Of a stretch of 64,000 bases of DNA, positions 37,911-50,100 are shown one piece after another. The DNA is from Octopus vulgaris (Eukaryota), in the NCBI GenBank assembly GCA_951406725.2, contig OX597821.1:40424001-40488000 (forward strand), given 5' to 3'. The first letter of the stretch is position 1. The number at the start of each line of letters is the position of its first letter. Both the position numbers and the translations under genes were made by a program. A model generated the notes under the pieces. The model was given only the letters and a program-made list of their open reading frames with translations. It was not told the DNA's origin and searched no databases.

Positions 37911-39329
37911 TATACTCTTCTCTTGCTCTTCAGCCAAACCATTGATTCCTGCATGTTAGCATATGATTGATTGGTGTGCAATTATGGTAAATTGCCATTC
38001 ATTGAAAGACTGCATTATTTCATCTCCTGAGATTCCATCTCACCATTTCTTCTCACATCTTCCATATGCATTCTCTGTCACAGATACTTCACACCTATTT
38101 TTTTACTACCCGGCCCTCATTATCCATTCCCATCGCCAATCACACCAAACGCCTTTCCCTTCACTCATTGTAGATCTTCTACATTAAGCATCCATGTCTC
38201 ATTACTTCTTACTCATGTTGCTATCATCTACGTTTTTGAACAAAGATAGAAGCTGTTATGAACTGGAATAAAGGCAGTGATACAGCATGGTCTTAGGCCT
38301 GGTGGATAAAAAGAGATAAACACATAAACGGAATTAACTCCATGAATTCTTATCACCCCTTTCTTCCTTCATTTCATAACATTCCATAACAACTCTGCTC
38401 TGGTCAGTGCGCTTGTCACATAAGTCAACAATGTTTGTCATGATGAGAGGAGAAAGATTGATAATGGGGAAAACACATTGCTATATTTAATGCAACTGTG
38501 ATTTCAGGTGGATTTAATCTTGTTAAACTTGTCTACAACCAGGGTTGAAGAAAGAAGAATTATTAGATAGATGTAAACTCTGTTTTGTCTTCTCGTAATT
38601 AAAAGGTGAGAGTTAAAGGCAGAATACAACAGCCTACTGCTGGGTGTGTCCTTTCTCGTGCCTGAATGTATTTGGGTCAGACCACTGATATATAAATGCT
38701 GTCACACTGGCCTGATGCTGACCAGGCTCTCTCTTAATCTTAATACTCATGTTTGCTCACTGAATGAACTGTAGCAACATGAAGTAAAGTTCCTTACCTA
38801 GGGACACAATGTAACTATAAGGTAAGGGACAGAACCTATGTCCTTATGATTGGCACCTCATTTACTTAGCCACGAGGTCATGCCCTGTCTATTAATAAAG
38901 AAGTCAAAATATTTTACTAGTATTATTGGAGACTTGATGTTTGTCAATCGGAGAATCACTGACCAAGTTGATGTAAACCATCAATGACTTCAGATGGTTC
39001 ATCTGGAAAGTTCAACAAACTTTATCTCATGGATGTTTGGGATTTTCATTATTCCTACATATCAAACACATCTAATATTCGGGTTTTATGTTAATCTGCC
39101 AAAGTTCTGACAGCATCTTTTCTGTGACCGATGTTTCTCCTGAGAATACAACTGAGACAGTTGCCACTTCTTTTATACCAAAAAAGCAAAACCACTTCAC
39201 TGAGGGTATCATAGTTTCTATTCCCTTCTACTAATGAACACTACTTTTCTATGTCCGCGTGTGCACACACATTTTTGCAGGTACAAATACATATACCTGT
39301 ATGCATATATATTTTTATTATTTGTCCAC

Positions 39330-39562
39330 AGCACATAAAGAGCACCATCTGAACATGGTTGATGCCAGTGCCGCCTGACTGGCTACCATACCAGTGGCAC
39401 ATAAAAAGCACCCACTACACTCTCAGAGTGGTTGGCATTAGGAAGGACATCCAGCCGTAGAAACCTTTTCTGATCAGATTGGAGCCTGGTGCATCCCCCT
39501 GGCCTGCCAGTCCTCAGTCAACCCATGCCAGCATGGAAAACAGACGTTAAATGGTGATAATG
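39330..39562 (+). mobile_element. RTE 3'UTR fragment
   Basis: GGTTGGCATTAGGAAGGACATCCAGC..CCATGCCAGCATGGAAAACAGACGTTAAATG. Confidence 0.8.
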
Positions 39563-39789
39563 ATATTGCTTCCATTGTGTGGCAATGCTTTCATCAGCTG
39601 TTATTTAGTATCTACATTGATTTTGGTAACTTCTGTTAGTCTCACTCTCTCTCCAGCAATGCCAGATAGCGCTGATGCCACTAGGGAATGTCCTAGTTCT
39701 TTTTGCTTGGACAGTAAAACACTTTTTCTCTTTTAGATATATGTGTGCAACCATTTATGGTGGCTGTCAATTCAATTATTAGCATAACC

Positions 39790-40100
39790 ATTTTATCCTT
39801 GCAGACGTATGCCTATAACAGATTTGTTAACTTTTCTGCAATGGGCTTTCACATGACTACATATCCCTAACTTTGTTTTGAATATTTTGTGACAAATGTA
39901 GCATGGAATTTCGTCAAAGACATCATCAACAGTGACTCGTATTCAAAATGGATTTTCAACCTGGCAGAAACACAATGAGGTTGTTCTCCAATCACAACCT
40001 ACTGTGGCATTAAAATTACCAAACAGAAAGAATTGGTAACCAGTAAATGTAGAAAGAATGGTGTTTCCGAGATTCTCATTGGAAAGAGATAAAAATTCTT
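39790..40100 (-). mobile_element. Decayed RTE LINE pieces: endonuclease motif next to the C-terminal C2H2 finger
   Basis: ENLGNTILS..FLFGNFNATVGCDW resembles LGDFNARVG.D. CYICHKIFKTKLGICSHVKAH lies at about 39840-39905. Confidence 0.6.
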
Positions 40101-40427
40101 CGATTAAATGAAGAGTTGGGACATTAATAGAGGAGAAAGGCACATGATGTCCACAAGACAGTAATGAATGTAATTTAGTTAATCATCTCATTTTTTTAAC
40201 AAATGTTATTCAGCAAACTTTTTTCTCAATCACTCACAGACACATATTCCAGTTCCATTATTGTCCCAGAGTCTCCGTATGGTGTTGGCTTTGGTTTGTA
40301 GAAATCTAACACTTATTCCTGATAACAAAGTCAACCACCTCTGCACAGCACAGTGTTGCTTTTGTCCAGAAACACAATAAGATGGTAGAAATTCAGTTTC
40401 TCACATGACCCAACAGCAAACCATGTT

Positions 40428-40536
40428 AACACACAAACACACACTCACACACACACAAACACATGCGCAAACACACACACACACACAAACACACACACAT
40501 GCAAACACACACAAACACACACACACACAAACCCCC

Positions 40537-40592
<56 letters not shown>

Positions 40593-40708
40593 AAAACACA
40601 CACACACAAAAACACACACACACACACAAACACACACACACGCATACACACACACACACACAAAACACACACACAAACACACACACACATGCAAACACAC
40701 ACACACAA

Positions 40709-40739
<31 letters not shown>

Positions 40740-40765
40740 CACATCTAACACACACCTAACACACT
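40428..40765. repeat. (CA)n microsatellite
   Basis: Directly visible. Confidence 0.95.
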
Positions 40766-41914
40766 TCTAGTTTCTTCCAACCAAATCCACTGATATGGTT
40801 TCGGTTCGCCTGAAACTACAGTAGAAGACATCTCTATTGGCATTGAACCTGAGACCTTACGTTTGATAATAAAATTCCTAAGCACAACAGCCACACCTGT
40901 GTCCAGGCAAAATAGAATAAATAATGTTGTTCAGAAATACACCGAAATGTGTTCCAAGTATATGAACTTCAAATGCATGAGCCAATAGTTCAATACTTAA
41001 TCAATGAGATCATTTCACTTCTATTTTCTGACTAAAAAAACAGAAAAAGAACTCATGGAATGGATATAGATATCTTCGCCATTTATGGTGAGCAATGATT
41101 AATTTTGAAATTTCCAATCATGGGCCAAAACTTAATGATGTAAATGAAAGGAAAGAATCAGAAAATTGTGATAGAATTGTTGCTGAACAATTTCCAATAA
41201 CGCCAGCCAATATTACTGAAGGGGCTGAATTTAAAGGAAAAATTGATTGATTAGGAAAAAATAACCTGGTTTCCAATGAAGAGAAAATTATGTTTGGCTT
41301 CAAGGTGGCACAGCTGAGTTAAATAGTTCACTCTGTTGGAATGCTGCAGGAGAGAGTAAAAGGTTAACAGGTTAGGAATCTATTATGTATTACACAGAGA
41401 ATCAAAGTGATTTTTTTAAAAATATTTCTTCACAGTTATTTCAACATTGAAGACAAGCATTACTGTCTAAATGGCATTTAATATGCTTAATGATGGTTTT
41501 TCCTAATATATTGGATGGATGGCAAAAACAAAAATTAATTTTCAGAAACTATCATTCCTCACTAAAATATATTTCTGGTTGGAGATGTGTTTAAATAATT
41601 GAACTTATATTGGTATTTAATTTTCAATTATTTCACAAGCCTTAGGGATAAAGGAAAAGCCAGCCAATTAACTCCTTAAGGACTTGAACTGTTGGCCTAA
41701 CAAAGTAAAATGTCTCTAATGTATTCAGTATTCTTGATACATTGGTCTTCTTCTATGAAGCATATGTATAGAGAGATGCATATATACACACATATACAAT
41801 TAATATATAATTAATAGTGACAGAGGCAGTATTAATACTAAAAGACAGTCTTTATTTCCAAGCTAACTTAGATGTTGTGTTATATATATATATATATATA
41901 TAGGTGTGTGTGTG

Positions 41915-42020
41915 TGTAGTTTTTATAAAACTATTTTAGCATTTTCTACCTTGACTTTGTTTCCAAATATATATATAAAGTCAAGGTAGAAAATGCTAAA
42001 ATAGTTTTATAAAAACTACA
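41915..42020. repeat. Perfect 44-bp inverted repeat with 18-nt spacer
   Basis: 41915-41958 TGTAGTTTTTATAAAACTATTTTAGCATTTTCTACCTTGACTTT is the exact reverse complement of 41977-42020. Confidence 0.95.
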
Positions 42021-42033
42021 TATATATATATAC

Positions 42034-42070
<37 letters not shown>

Positions 42071-42073
<3 letters not shown>

Positions 42074-42431
42074 AGAGTTTATGAAAAAAACAAAAGAGGA
42101 AGACAGGTGGTGTACAAAACAAACAGATGTATTAGTATAACACTCAGGAATAGAAAAAGTCTTTTATGTTTCGAGCCTACGCTCTTCTACAGAAAGGGAC
42201 ACAGAAAAAACAAGGAGAGAAAAAAAGGAGAGAAAAAATTAGTCGCCATGATAGATCGTTAGCCACTATACACATTTTTTTTCTCTCCTTGTTTTTTCTG
42301 TGTCCCTTTCTGTAGAAGAGTGTAGGCTCGAAACGTAAAAGACTTTTTCTATTCCTGAGTGTTATACTAATACATCTGTTTGTTTTGTACACCACCTGTC
42401 TTCGTCTTTTGTTTTTTTCATAAACTCTCCC
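42071..42431. mobile_element. Fold-back pair of Penelope-type pLTR ends (~156-bp arms), each with a minimal hammerhead-like motif, inserted in (TA)n
   Basis: 42071-42226 and 42276-42431 are near-perfect reverse complements. The motif CTTT-CTGTAGA-A-GAG(T/C)GTAGGCTC-GAAAC-GTA-AAAG lies at 42306-42341(+), with a mirror copy at 42161-42196(-). Confidence 0.75.
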
Positions 42432-42589
42432 TATATATATCACACGCTCACGTGGTCGCAGTTGTTGAGCCTATCTTTTCTCACCACTACGAACTTCTCC
42501 ACTGGACTCTTTACCTACTCTACCATTTACGGATTCGTTTGGATACTTACCCTCCGGCTGCACCTCTCCTACACACAGATCCCAGTGGA

Positions 42590-42658
<69 letters not shown>

Positions 42659-42919
42659 GCCCTTATTATTATTATAATTATTATTATTAGTTTGGTTTTT
42701 GCTTTGTGTTTGTACAAGATGACTCCAAATCTCACCCAAAGACCTCAAGAGACAACAAGATAGAAGTTCAAGCTGATGTTATGCCTAGGGTGCCACATCT
42801 TGGGTTTTGCACAGAGTATTGTTCAAGAGAATGTCTGTCAAAATATAAAAAAATTAAAAGTTTGTTTTAAAAGATAATATGCTAGTGTGATGTTAAGATG
42901 ACAGTAGAAGGTGTTTGCT

Positions 42920-42929
42920 CTTATTATTA

Positions 42930-42985
<56 letters not shown>

Positions 42986-43047
42986 GTTATTATTACTATT
43001 TGTTGTTGTTGTTGTTGTTCTTCTTCTTATTATTATTATTATTATTG

Positions 43048-43086
<39 letters not shown>

Positions 43087-43092
43087 ATTATT
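42920..43092. repeat. (TTA)n/(TTG)n microsatellite
   Basis: Directly visible. Confidence 0.95.
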
Positions 43093-44312
43093 TACTTTTA
43101 ATCTGCATGTTTGTTACAATCACTTGACAAGACACACCCAGTGTCCTGAGGTGAGTGGAGGATAAGAGATGTTATAGTATGACTGATAGTTTGGGAAGGG
43201 TGGTGAAGTGGCAGGTTCAGTAGTGAAATATCCTCATCTAATACAACACAGACATTTAAATGGATGGGGCTTTCCTAAGGATGTGGGCAGTAATTGTCAG
43301 TACAACCTTTTGGATTTTTCTGAGACATGGTTCTCCTGGGATTGTATCTAGATGTTTCTGACATCCCTTATTTATCATACCTAGGGCACCTACAATTTGT
43401 GATGCCACATCTAGTGTTGGAAATCTTACCTTACCACTTGAGCAGCTAATGCCATTCGTTGCATTTGGAAATTTTAAAGCTTTACAGAAACATCAATTTG
43501 AGTGTAGCACACCAATTTGAACAGAATTATGACTTTTATAAGAATGGGATGGATATACACACTCATACATTCACACACATACACTCACAGACAGATACAC
43601 AGTCATATGCAAAATGTGGTGCTGTCATCGTCATCGTGGTATAAAATGTCCTGTTGACTATAGAAAGATTATATCTATGAAATGTTATATTGTTTTAATC
43701 GAAATAAAACTAAAATTTCATATTGACACTGGCCAGGGCTCACATGCATACAGTAAGATAGACACACACAAACATAAATTCACCCATGTCAGTCGTCACA
43801 CATATATATATGTGTGTGTGTGTAGATGTGTTTGTGTGTTTAATAAAATATCTAACATGGAAAGACACACACACTGACAGATGTATTCACACTCATACAG
43901 TCACAGACAGCTACACAGTCATATACAAAATGTGACATCGCCGTCAGGTTTAGAATTAAAAGTGAAAGTATAAAAGAGAAACAATGTATCACATTACAAT
44001 TTAGATCTTATTTATTCACTTTTATTCTTTGACTTTTGACACTTAATATCAAACCAGTGCCAATGTTATTTTAATTCAAGTGAAAAAAGAATTTCATGTT
44101 GACACTCACTGGATGTGATACCCTTACCTTGTAAAATTTGATTTGGTTGAGCCATTTGAGAATGCATAGGGAACAGACAGAGAGAGACAAAAAGTTTTAT
44201 ATAGAGTGAAGTAACAAGTGGAATGACAATAACAACAAAGAATTTTATGTATATAGAAATAACATGCAGGATGACAGTAACAACATATATGCATTGTATA
44301 TATTATATCTGT

Positions 44313-44650
44313 GAAGGCGCATGGCTCAGTGGTTAGGGCATCCAACTTACGACTGTGAGATTGTGAGTTCGAATCCTGGACCGGGCTGCGCGTTGTGTTC
44401 TTGAACAAGACACTTTATTTCACGTTGCTCCAGTTCACTCAGCTGTAGAAATGAGTTGCGATGTCACAGGTGCTAAGCTGTATCGGCCCCTTTGCCTTTC
44501 CCTTGGATAACATCGGTGGCATGGCGAGGAGAGAATGGTATGCATGGGCAACTGCTGGCCTTCCATAAACAACCTTGTCTGGACTTGTGCCTCGGAAGAT
44601 AACTTTCTAGGTGCAATCCCATGGTCATTCATGACTGAAGGGGGTCTCCG
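44313..44650 (+). mobile_element. Full-length tRNA-derived SINE (third family, Meta/MESC-like core) with TSD
   Basis: A-box TGGCTCAGTGG at 44322-44332 and B-box GTTCGAATCC at 44367-44376. Core GTTGTGTTCTTGAACAAGACACTTT..CACTCAGCTGTA. 13-bp TSD ATATTATATCTGT at 44300-44312 and 44651-44663. Confidence 0.9.
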
Positions 44651-46153
44651 ATATTATATCTGTAGAGTCCAGTAATTGTTCTTGTAAGGAAACTTTACGA
44701 AGTACTTAGCTGTACTATCGCTGGTCCAAATGTTGAGACATTCTTCATGTATCGAATTCTCTACCTTCATAAATGGTAAATTTAAGGAATCATAAATATC
44801 TTCTGATTTGGTTTATTAGTGGTAAATCTTCAGGTTAATTTGTAAATGATTCCCAATCTACAGGAGATTATTTTTAATGTCGTGCAAGAGCCTCTCCACT
44901 ATGCAGGGGACATTACTCATAAAAGATATATCCTAGCAATATTTGCAGCTCTTTCATATTTTGCCTCCATGTTTGATCCTCTATATTGTTGTTGATGTTA
45001 TTGCTTTTATTGTTGTCATCCCAATCATTTTTCTGTAGACCAGAAATAAATGCTGACCCAACAGACCTTTGCACAAATACTTTTTAACCATAAACTACCC
45101 ACTTTTTTGTTTTCTGGCATAATATATCAAGGATTACATTATCCAATGTGTGCTTCTGTTTTGTTAGACAGCATTATTTGAAAGAGATTTGGTTGCTATT
45201 TCTAGAATGATAAGTGACCACATAAACTTACCTTTGTTGTTTAAACTGAAGCTTACTTTGATCATGGAGGCTTTTGATAAACTCACTTCACACTGAGCAA
45301 ACCTCCTGTGTTTTTCTTATACAGCAATGAAGTGAAAGACCACAGCATCAGGTTATGGCTCACTCACAGCATTTGATGAAAATAATTTTTATCATTGACT
45401 TGTCATTTTACATTTTCCTTATCACATAATGCTGGTTCATGTGATCTTTTCTATTCTCCCTGCATTAAATATGTTAATACTAACCTGTTTAAAGCTAAAC
45501 TGGCTACAGATATGCATGGTGAAAGCTTGCTGGCAAATTTCCCAATGTTGTTTATGACTGATGTACGTCAGATGTAGGAGAGTTTGTTCTTCATTAGCTG
45601 AATGGCCGTTAATAAACAGCAGCGATGGATAAGCTGGTAAAGCAGCTCCCACTTTTGAATGGTGACAATGAAGCCAAAGGCACATACACAAACCTAAACA
45701 TTTGAATGCATACACTCGTATTCACTGGGCATCTGACAACCAGCTTACAGAGCAAATGCTTGTGATATTTGGCGAGTTTCTGCATTGAATGCAGCTGTAA
45801 AAACACTGAATTCTCAAATGGTCCCATCTACCTTGCTGTAAATATCAACAGCAAGATGCAAACAAAATAATTCTGCTATTGTGAATGGCAGCATTATAAG
45901 AATATTGATTTCTAACTTTTGCACACGATCACTTTTTATGGAAGAAGATACAATCACAATATTAACAACTGATACATTAGCATGCCAAGCTGAGTTCAAC
46001 TCCATATAAAGGCATCTCAATTCTCTGGGCTTGTGAATTTCACTGGCTCTAGTTGCTACTTTGGTTAAAAACAACAAGTAATTATACAGCAGAAACATCC
46101 ACTATTATGTGAATAAATTAACTATTCAGCTACTTTGAAGCACTTATCAATAC

Positions 46154-46637
46154 TAGTGGTTCTCAACTGAGGTCCATATGACACCTTTGGGGTTCAGATA
46201 TGATTTTGTTAATGAATTTATGAGAAATAAATTCATGATGCAGAATTTATGAGGAATAAATTCAGATGCAGAAAGCCAGAGCCGCCTGCACCAGTAGCAC
46301 GGCCCCTACCCACTTCTGCCCCACCTGTGGGAGGGGGCTTCCTCGCCCGGATTGGCCTCACCAGCCACCTCCGGTCTCATAGCGGCAGTTCCACCAGATG
46401 ATGTCAGTGGTCATCTTCGAACCCGAAGGATGAACATTATTATTATTATGAGGAATAAATCGCTTATACATCTAAAACACACAAAATATTTTAATAATTT
46501 TTTTTTATACAATTTCTTGTAATATTTAATTATTAAAATATAATGGGATTTTTAAACACCAAATGACTATGAGGGTCCACCCCATCAGAATAGGAATCAA
46601 AGAGGTGTCCATAAACAAAAAATTGTGAGAACCACTG
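46154..46637. mobile_element. hAT (Charlie-like) MITE
   Basis: Termini TAGTGGTTCTCA and TGAGAACCACTG. The 8-bp TSD is not preserved. Confidence 0.65.
46262..46445 (+). mobile_element. 5'-truncated RTE (BovB-like) 3' end nested in the MITE
   Basis: GC-rich. Reads THFCPTCGRG/FLARIGLTSHLRSH, a C2H2 finger with a +1 frameshift, then 3'UTR GGTCATCTTCGAACCCGAAGGATGAAC and an (ATT)n tail. TSD TTATGAGGAATAAAT at 46247-46261 and 46446-46460. Confidence 0.85.
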
Positions 46638-46844
46638 ACGTACATGAAGATTTCTCAAGACACTTGCCACAGTTTATGATTCGATAAACAACACATCCAA
46701 GATAATTTGGATGTGCTAATTAATATTAATTTACTGTTGCAGGTAAAAATTTAAATCTATGTTGCTTTTGTACTATATGAGTCTAAATTTTGTATTCAAT
46801 CATTTCTGTGGTTGATATGGTTCACATTTTTAAATTTAAGGTCA

Positions 46845-47090
46845 ACATACATACACACACACACACTCACCCCTCACAAACACACACACTCACACGCATG
46901 CATGCACGCACACATACCAACGCATTCGTTCATGCACACATGCACTTACACACTCATGCACATGCACACATGCACACGTACACACACATACATACACACA
47001 CATACATACACACACGCATGCACGCACACATACCAACATACTCATTCATGCACACATGCACTCACATACCCACACACACACACACACACA
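46845..47090. repeat. Degenerate (CA)n microsatellite
   Basis: Directly visible. Confidence 0.9.
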
Positions 47091-47279
47091 AAATTAGTTT
47101 TATAAGTGTCATGCATGAAATTCTCAACCCCCTGAGACCCTTTTATAACATTACGCTGATTAAAACTAATAAACCCTAATGAATAAAACATCAGAGATGC
47201 TTTACTCCATTTAGAAACTTCAGGAGCTACTCAGAGGTTTTGCAAGCCCTCCTTCTAAATCTATTGCAATGCTGGAAAT

Positions 47280-47480
47280 CCTTCCATATCATCAGCAGTT
47301 GTCTCAGGGTAACAAGCATTTTGACCTTTAACCTGGTCCTCAACTTCAGATAGGTTCCACTTGTGGTCTCTTATCAACCATAACCATCTGGAGCTAATTT
47401 CAGCTATCATGCCTATCACTTTGATGGCTTTCTTCAGCTGTCTGGGTTCCAGACCTATCTTCTACTGGAAATACCACAAT
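47280..47480 (-). mobile_element. HERO/NeSL-like REL non-LTR retrotransposon 3' end (decayed)
   Basis: IGLEPRQLKKAIKVIGMIAEISSRWLWLIRDHKW resembles the AE..S.WLW..R...W C-terminus of HERO-type ORFs. Confidence 0.6.
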
Positions 47481-48146
47481 GAGCGAGATCTAGGAGGAAA
47501 TTAAGATAAGCATTAATATAAATAATTAGTTCCTATGCATGTGTCACCATTGCAGTTACTTGGAACTCAGAATTGGATGGTGCAAGTTCATTTGGATGTC
47601 CAACTGCAATGGATTGTCAAGGGAACCCCCTTTATTGCAATCTGTGACAGAGATGTGTATAGTTATATATTCCTGTGGATCATTATGAAATATGGATCAT
47701 AATGAAAAAACAGTATCTCAGTTCTTAGAAGCAGGTGTACATACAGTGTTGGTCCTTGTATCTTTGAAGAGGGCAACCCCATGGTCTTTTTCTTGAAGTG
47801 AATTCACTGAATAAGACTTGACATGGGAACCTTGACTCTTCCATTTTTGCTACATGTCTTGACCATCAAAGATAGTGTTTCATGAGTCTTTAACTGTTGG
47901 CTCTTTCCAGGACTTTGTTGTTGGTCATATAGTGTTCCCATTTGATGTGCAAAGGAAGCATTCAGCAAAGAAGAAAATAAACCATTGGATGCAAAATAAA
48001 GCTGCCACCACCAATGATAAACAGTCTTCTACATATCCAGTCTTCTAAATCTGCCTTTTTTTTTCTCTCATATTTAGTGTATAATAGAACTGAACCCATG
48101 TTGGTTGGTTTTAGAAGTATTACATCTTTTATAAACATTGACATTA

Positions 48147-48965
48147 AATAATAATAATAATAGTAAAACATTGTGTACAGTGCTCAGGTGCACTACAACT
48201 CATCTAAAGTGCATGTATAATCAGGTGTAGTTTTGGCGGATTTCGGAAAGCATGAGGGCCTTAAAGGATGCAGTGTCATGGCAGTCAACAACTGACGCAG
48301 GCAGTTTGTTCCATGCTTCAGCAACTCTGAGCGTGAAAAAATGTTTCCGAAAGTCATGGGAGCTGTGTTGTTTTCTGACTTTGTAGGCATGTCCACGTGT
48401 GTTGGATACATGGAGATCAAAAAGGTGTTCAGTGTTGTTGTTGGTGAGGTGGTTGATAACTTTGTGAGAGTTTACCAAGTCCATCGCCAGACGCCGGAGC
48501 TTCAGTGAATCCATGCCCAGGGAAACAAGGCGCTCAGAATATGGTAGGTGTCTGATGGAGGGTACGCGTTTGGTTGCACGTCTCTGAACAGATTCCAGGA
48601 GGTCAATGTTCTGAGCAAGATAGGGGTTTCAAACTGATGATGCGAATTCCAAGTGTGGTCGTACCATAGCTGTATACAGCTTTAAAGAGATGGCTGGAGA
48701 GCGGCTAACAAAAGTCTTGCTGAGTGATGCCAAGACACCCTTGGCCTTCTTGACAATTTTAGAGATATGCTTTGTCCAACGCAAATCACTGCTGACAGTG
48801 ATGCCTAGGTCATGCTCGCAAGAGGATTTCTTAATATCAGTGTTGTGGAGGGAGTATGTGGACGCAGGGTTTTTTCTCCCAAAATGCATGGTGGTACACT
48901 TGTCCACAGCCAGTTTCAGTTGCCAGTCTGTGATCCATTGCTGCATTGTGTCCAGGTCTGATTGC
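48147..48965 (-). mobile_element. CR1-clade LINE 3' end (RT C-terminus), 5'-truncated
   Basis: One frame with a single stop: WQLKL..DKC..MHFG..DLGI..KLY..VRPHLEFASSV*NP..LESVQRRATK..Y.ERL..L..RR..TRGH..FF..RV...WNKLP. (ATT)n tail. Confidence 0.92.
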
Positions 48966-49791
48966 AGGAAAGAGCTGTAGACAACAGGATGGAAGAAATT
49001 ATGTCTATCTTATGTCAAAAATAGAGGCCATAGACTGAATCGTACCCTCTATTCCATGTATTAATCTTTATATGTTTGCAATGAATGAGAATTAATATGG
49101 TTCTTGTATCAAATAATATCTATAGTTTAATCCTTCAGGCACTGCCTACCTTTCTTGCACAGACAATACATTCCTGATATCTATTTATTTATTTAACTAT
49201 CTATCTATCAATTTTTTTTTTGTCTATCTGTTTGTCTATCTGTCTGTCTTTATTTCTGTCTGTCTTTTCTCTCTATCTATGTTACTAGTGTTATATTAAA
49301 GCTAAAGAACTTCAGAAACTGTAATTCATACAACCTATCATCAGACAGAGGACTACTCCCTGGTGATTCCTTATGTCAAACTTTGAGCAACAAATTTTGA
49401 AGTTTTTCAGCTTCAATAAAACACTATATTTCACTCTAACTTTGGTATTCCAGCACTATATCCTCTATTTATGTGCTTGTCTGTGTGTGTGTATGTGTAT
49501 GTGTGTGCGTGTGCGTGTGCGCATGTGTGTGTTTGAGCGCATGCATGTGTGTATTATATGTACTACACACAAATACGCATACACACACACATACACACAC
49601 ATTAGATTTATAAACTCATTGTGTTATACCAAACAACAATAAACTGTTTTGTTTGTTTTTTTCTCATTATTTCCCTTCAATTTCTTTAATGTAAAACAAA
49701 CATCAAAATGAAATTATAATTATGAAAAAACCATAAAACGATAATTAATAGACAAACAAAATAACATTGGGCTTTTATCTCTTGTCTGGTG

Positions 49792-49834
49792 GTCATGTGA
49801 CATGTCATCTGTTCTCCACATTTGGTCACATGAC
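49792..49834. promoter_or_regulatory. Pair of inverted GTCATGTGAC E-box (M-box/CLEAR-like) motifs
   Basis: GTCATGTGAC at 49792-49801 and GTCACATGAC at 49825-49834, in repeat-free sequence. Confidence 0.35.
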
Positions 49835-49989
49835 AGACGTTGCTGTCTGCTCTGTCTACCTATCCGTAATTATCTACTGTTCTGTCTTAAAATATAAAGA
49901 ACCAAAGAACCATAAACAACAAACTAAATTAAAAGACATTTTGTGAATTGTTTTTCGGTGGTGATCGATTGCAGAGATCAGAGCCTCAC

Positions 49990-50100
49990 CATTTTCGTCT
50001 TCCAGCATCTTTGTTGAGAAAACAAACAAACATAGAGCGGCCGGAACACTTCCATCAAGGAAAATGGCAAACCATCTGCCGTACACATTGGAAAGACTAT
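49990..50100 (-). other. Candidate first or internal exon of a minus-strand host gene
   Basis: CpG-retaining unique sequence ending AAG-ATG CTG GAA GAC GAA AAT G|GTGAGG (MLEDEN, phase 1). No homology recognised. Confidence 0.25.

Noticed and set aside
44313-44385. tRNA gene
   Set aside because: A and B boxes are present, but the sequence continues into a SINE body bounded by a TSD and has no convincing acceptor stem.
45395-46098. Cluster of overlapping short ORFs in unique sequence
   Set aside because: No recognisable domain, no consistent frame and no convincing splice-site pair.
46310-46380. Host C2H2 zinc-finger gene exon (also 39840-39905)
   Set aside because: These are single fingers of the RTE C-terminal type lacking TGEKP linkers. 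The 46.3-kb one is followed by a LINE tail and TSD.
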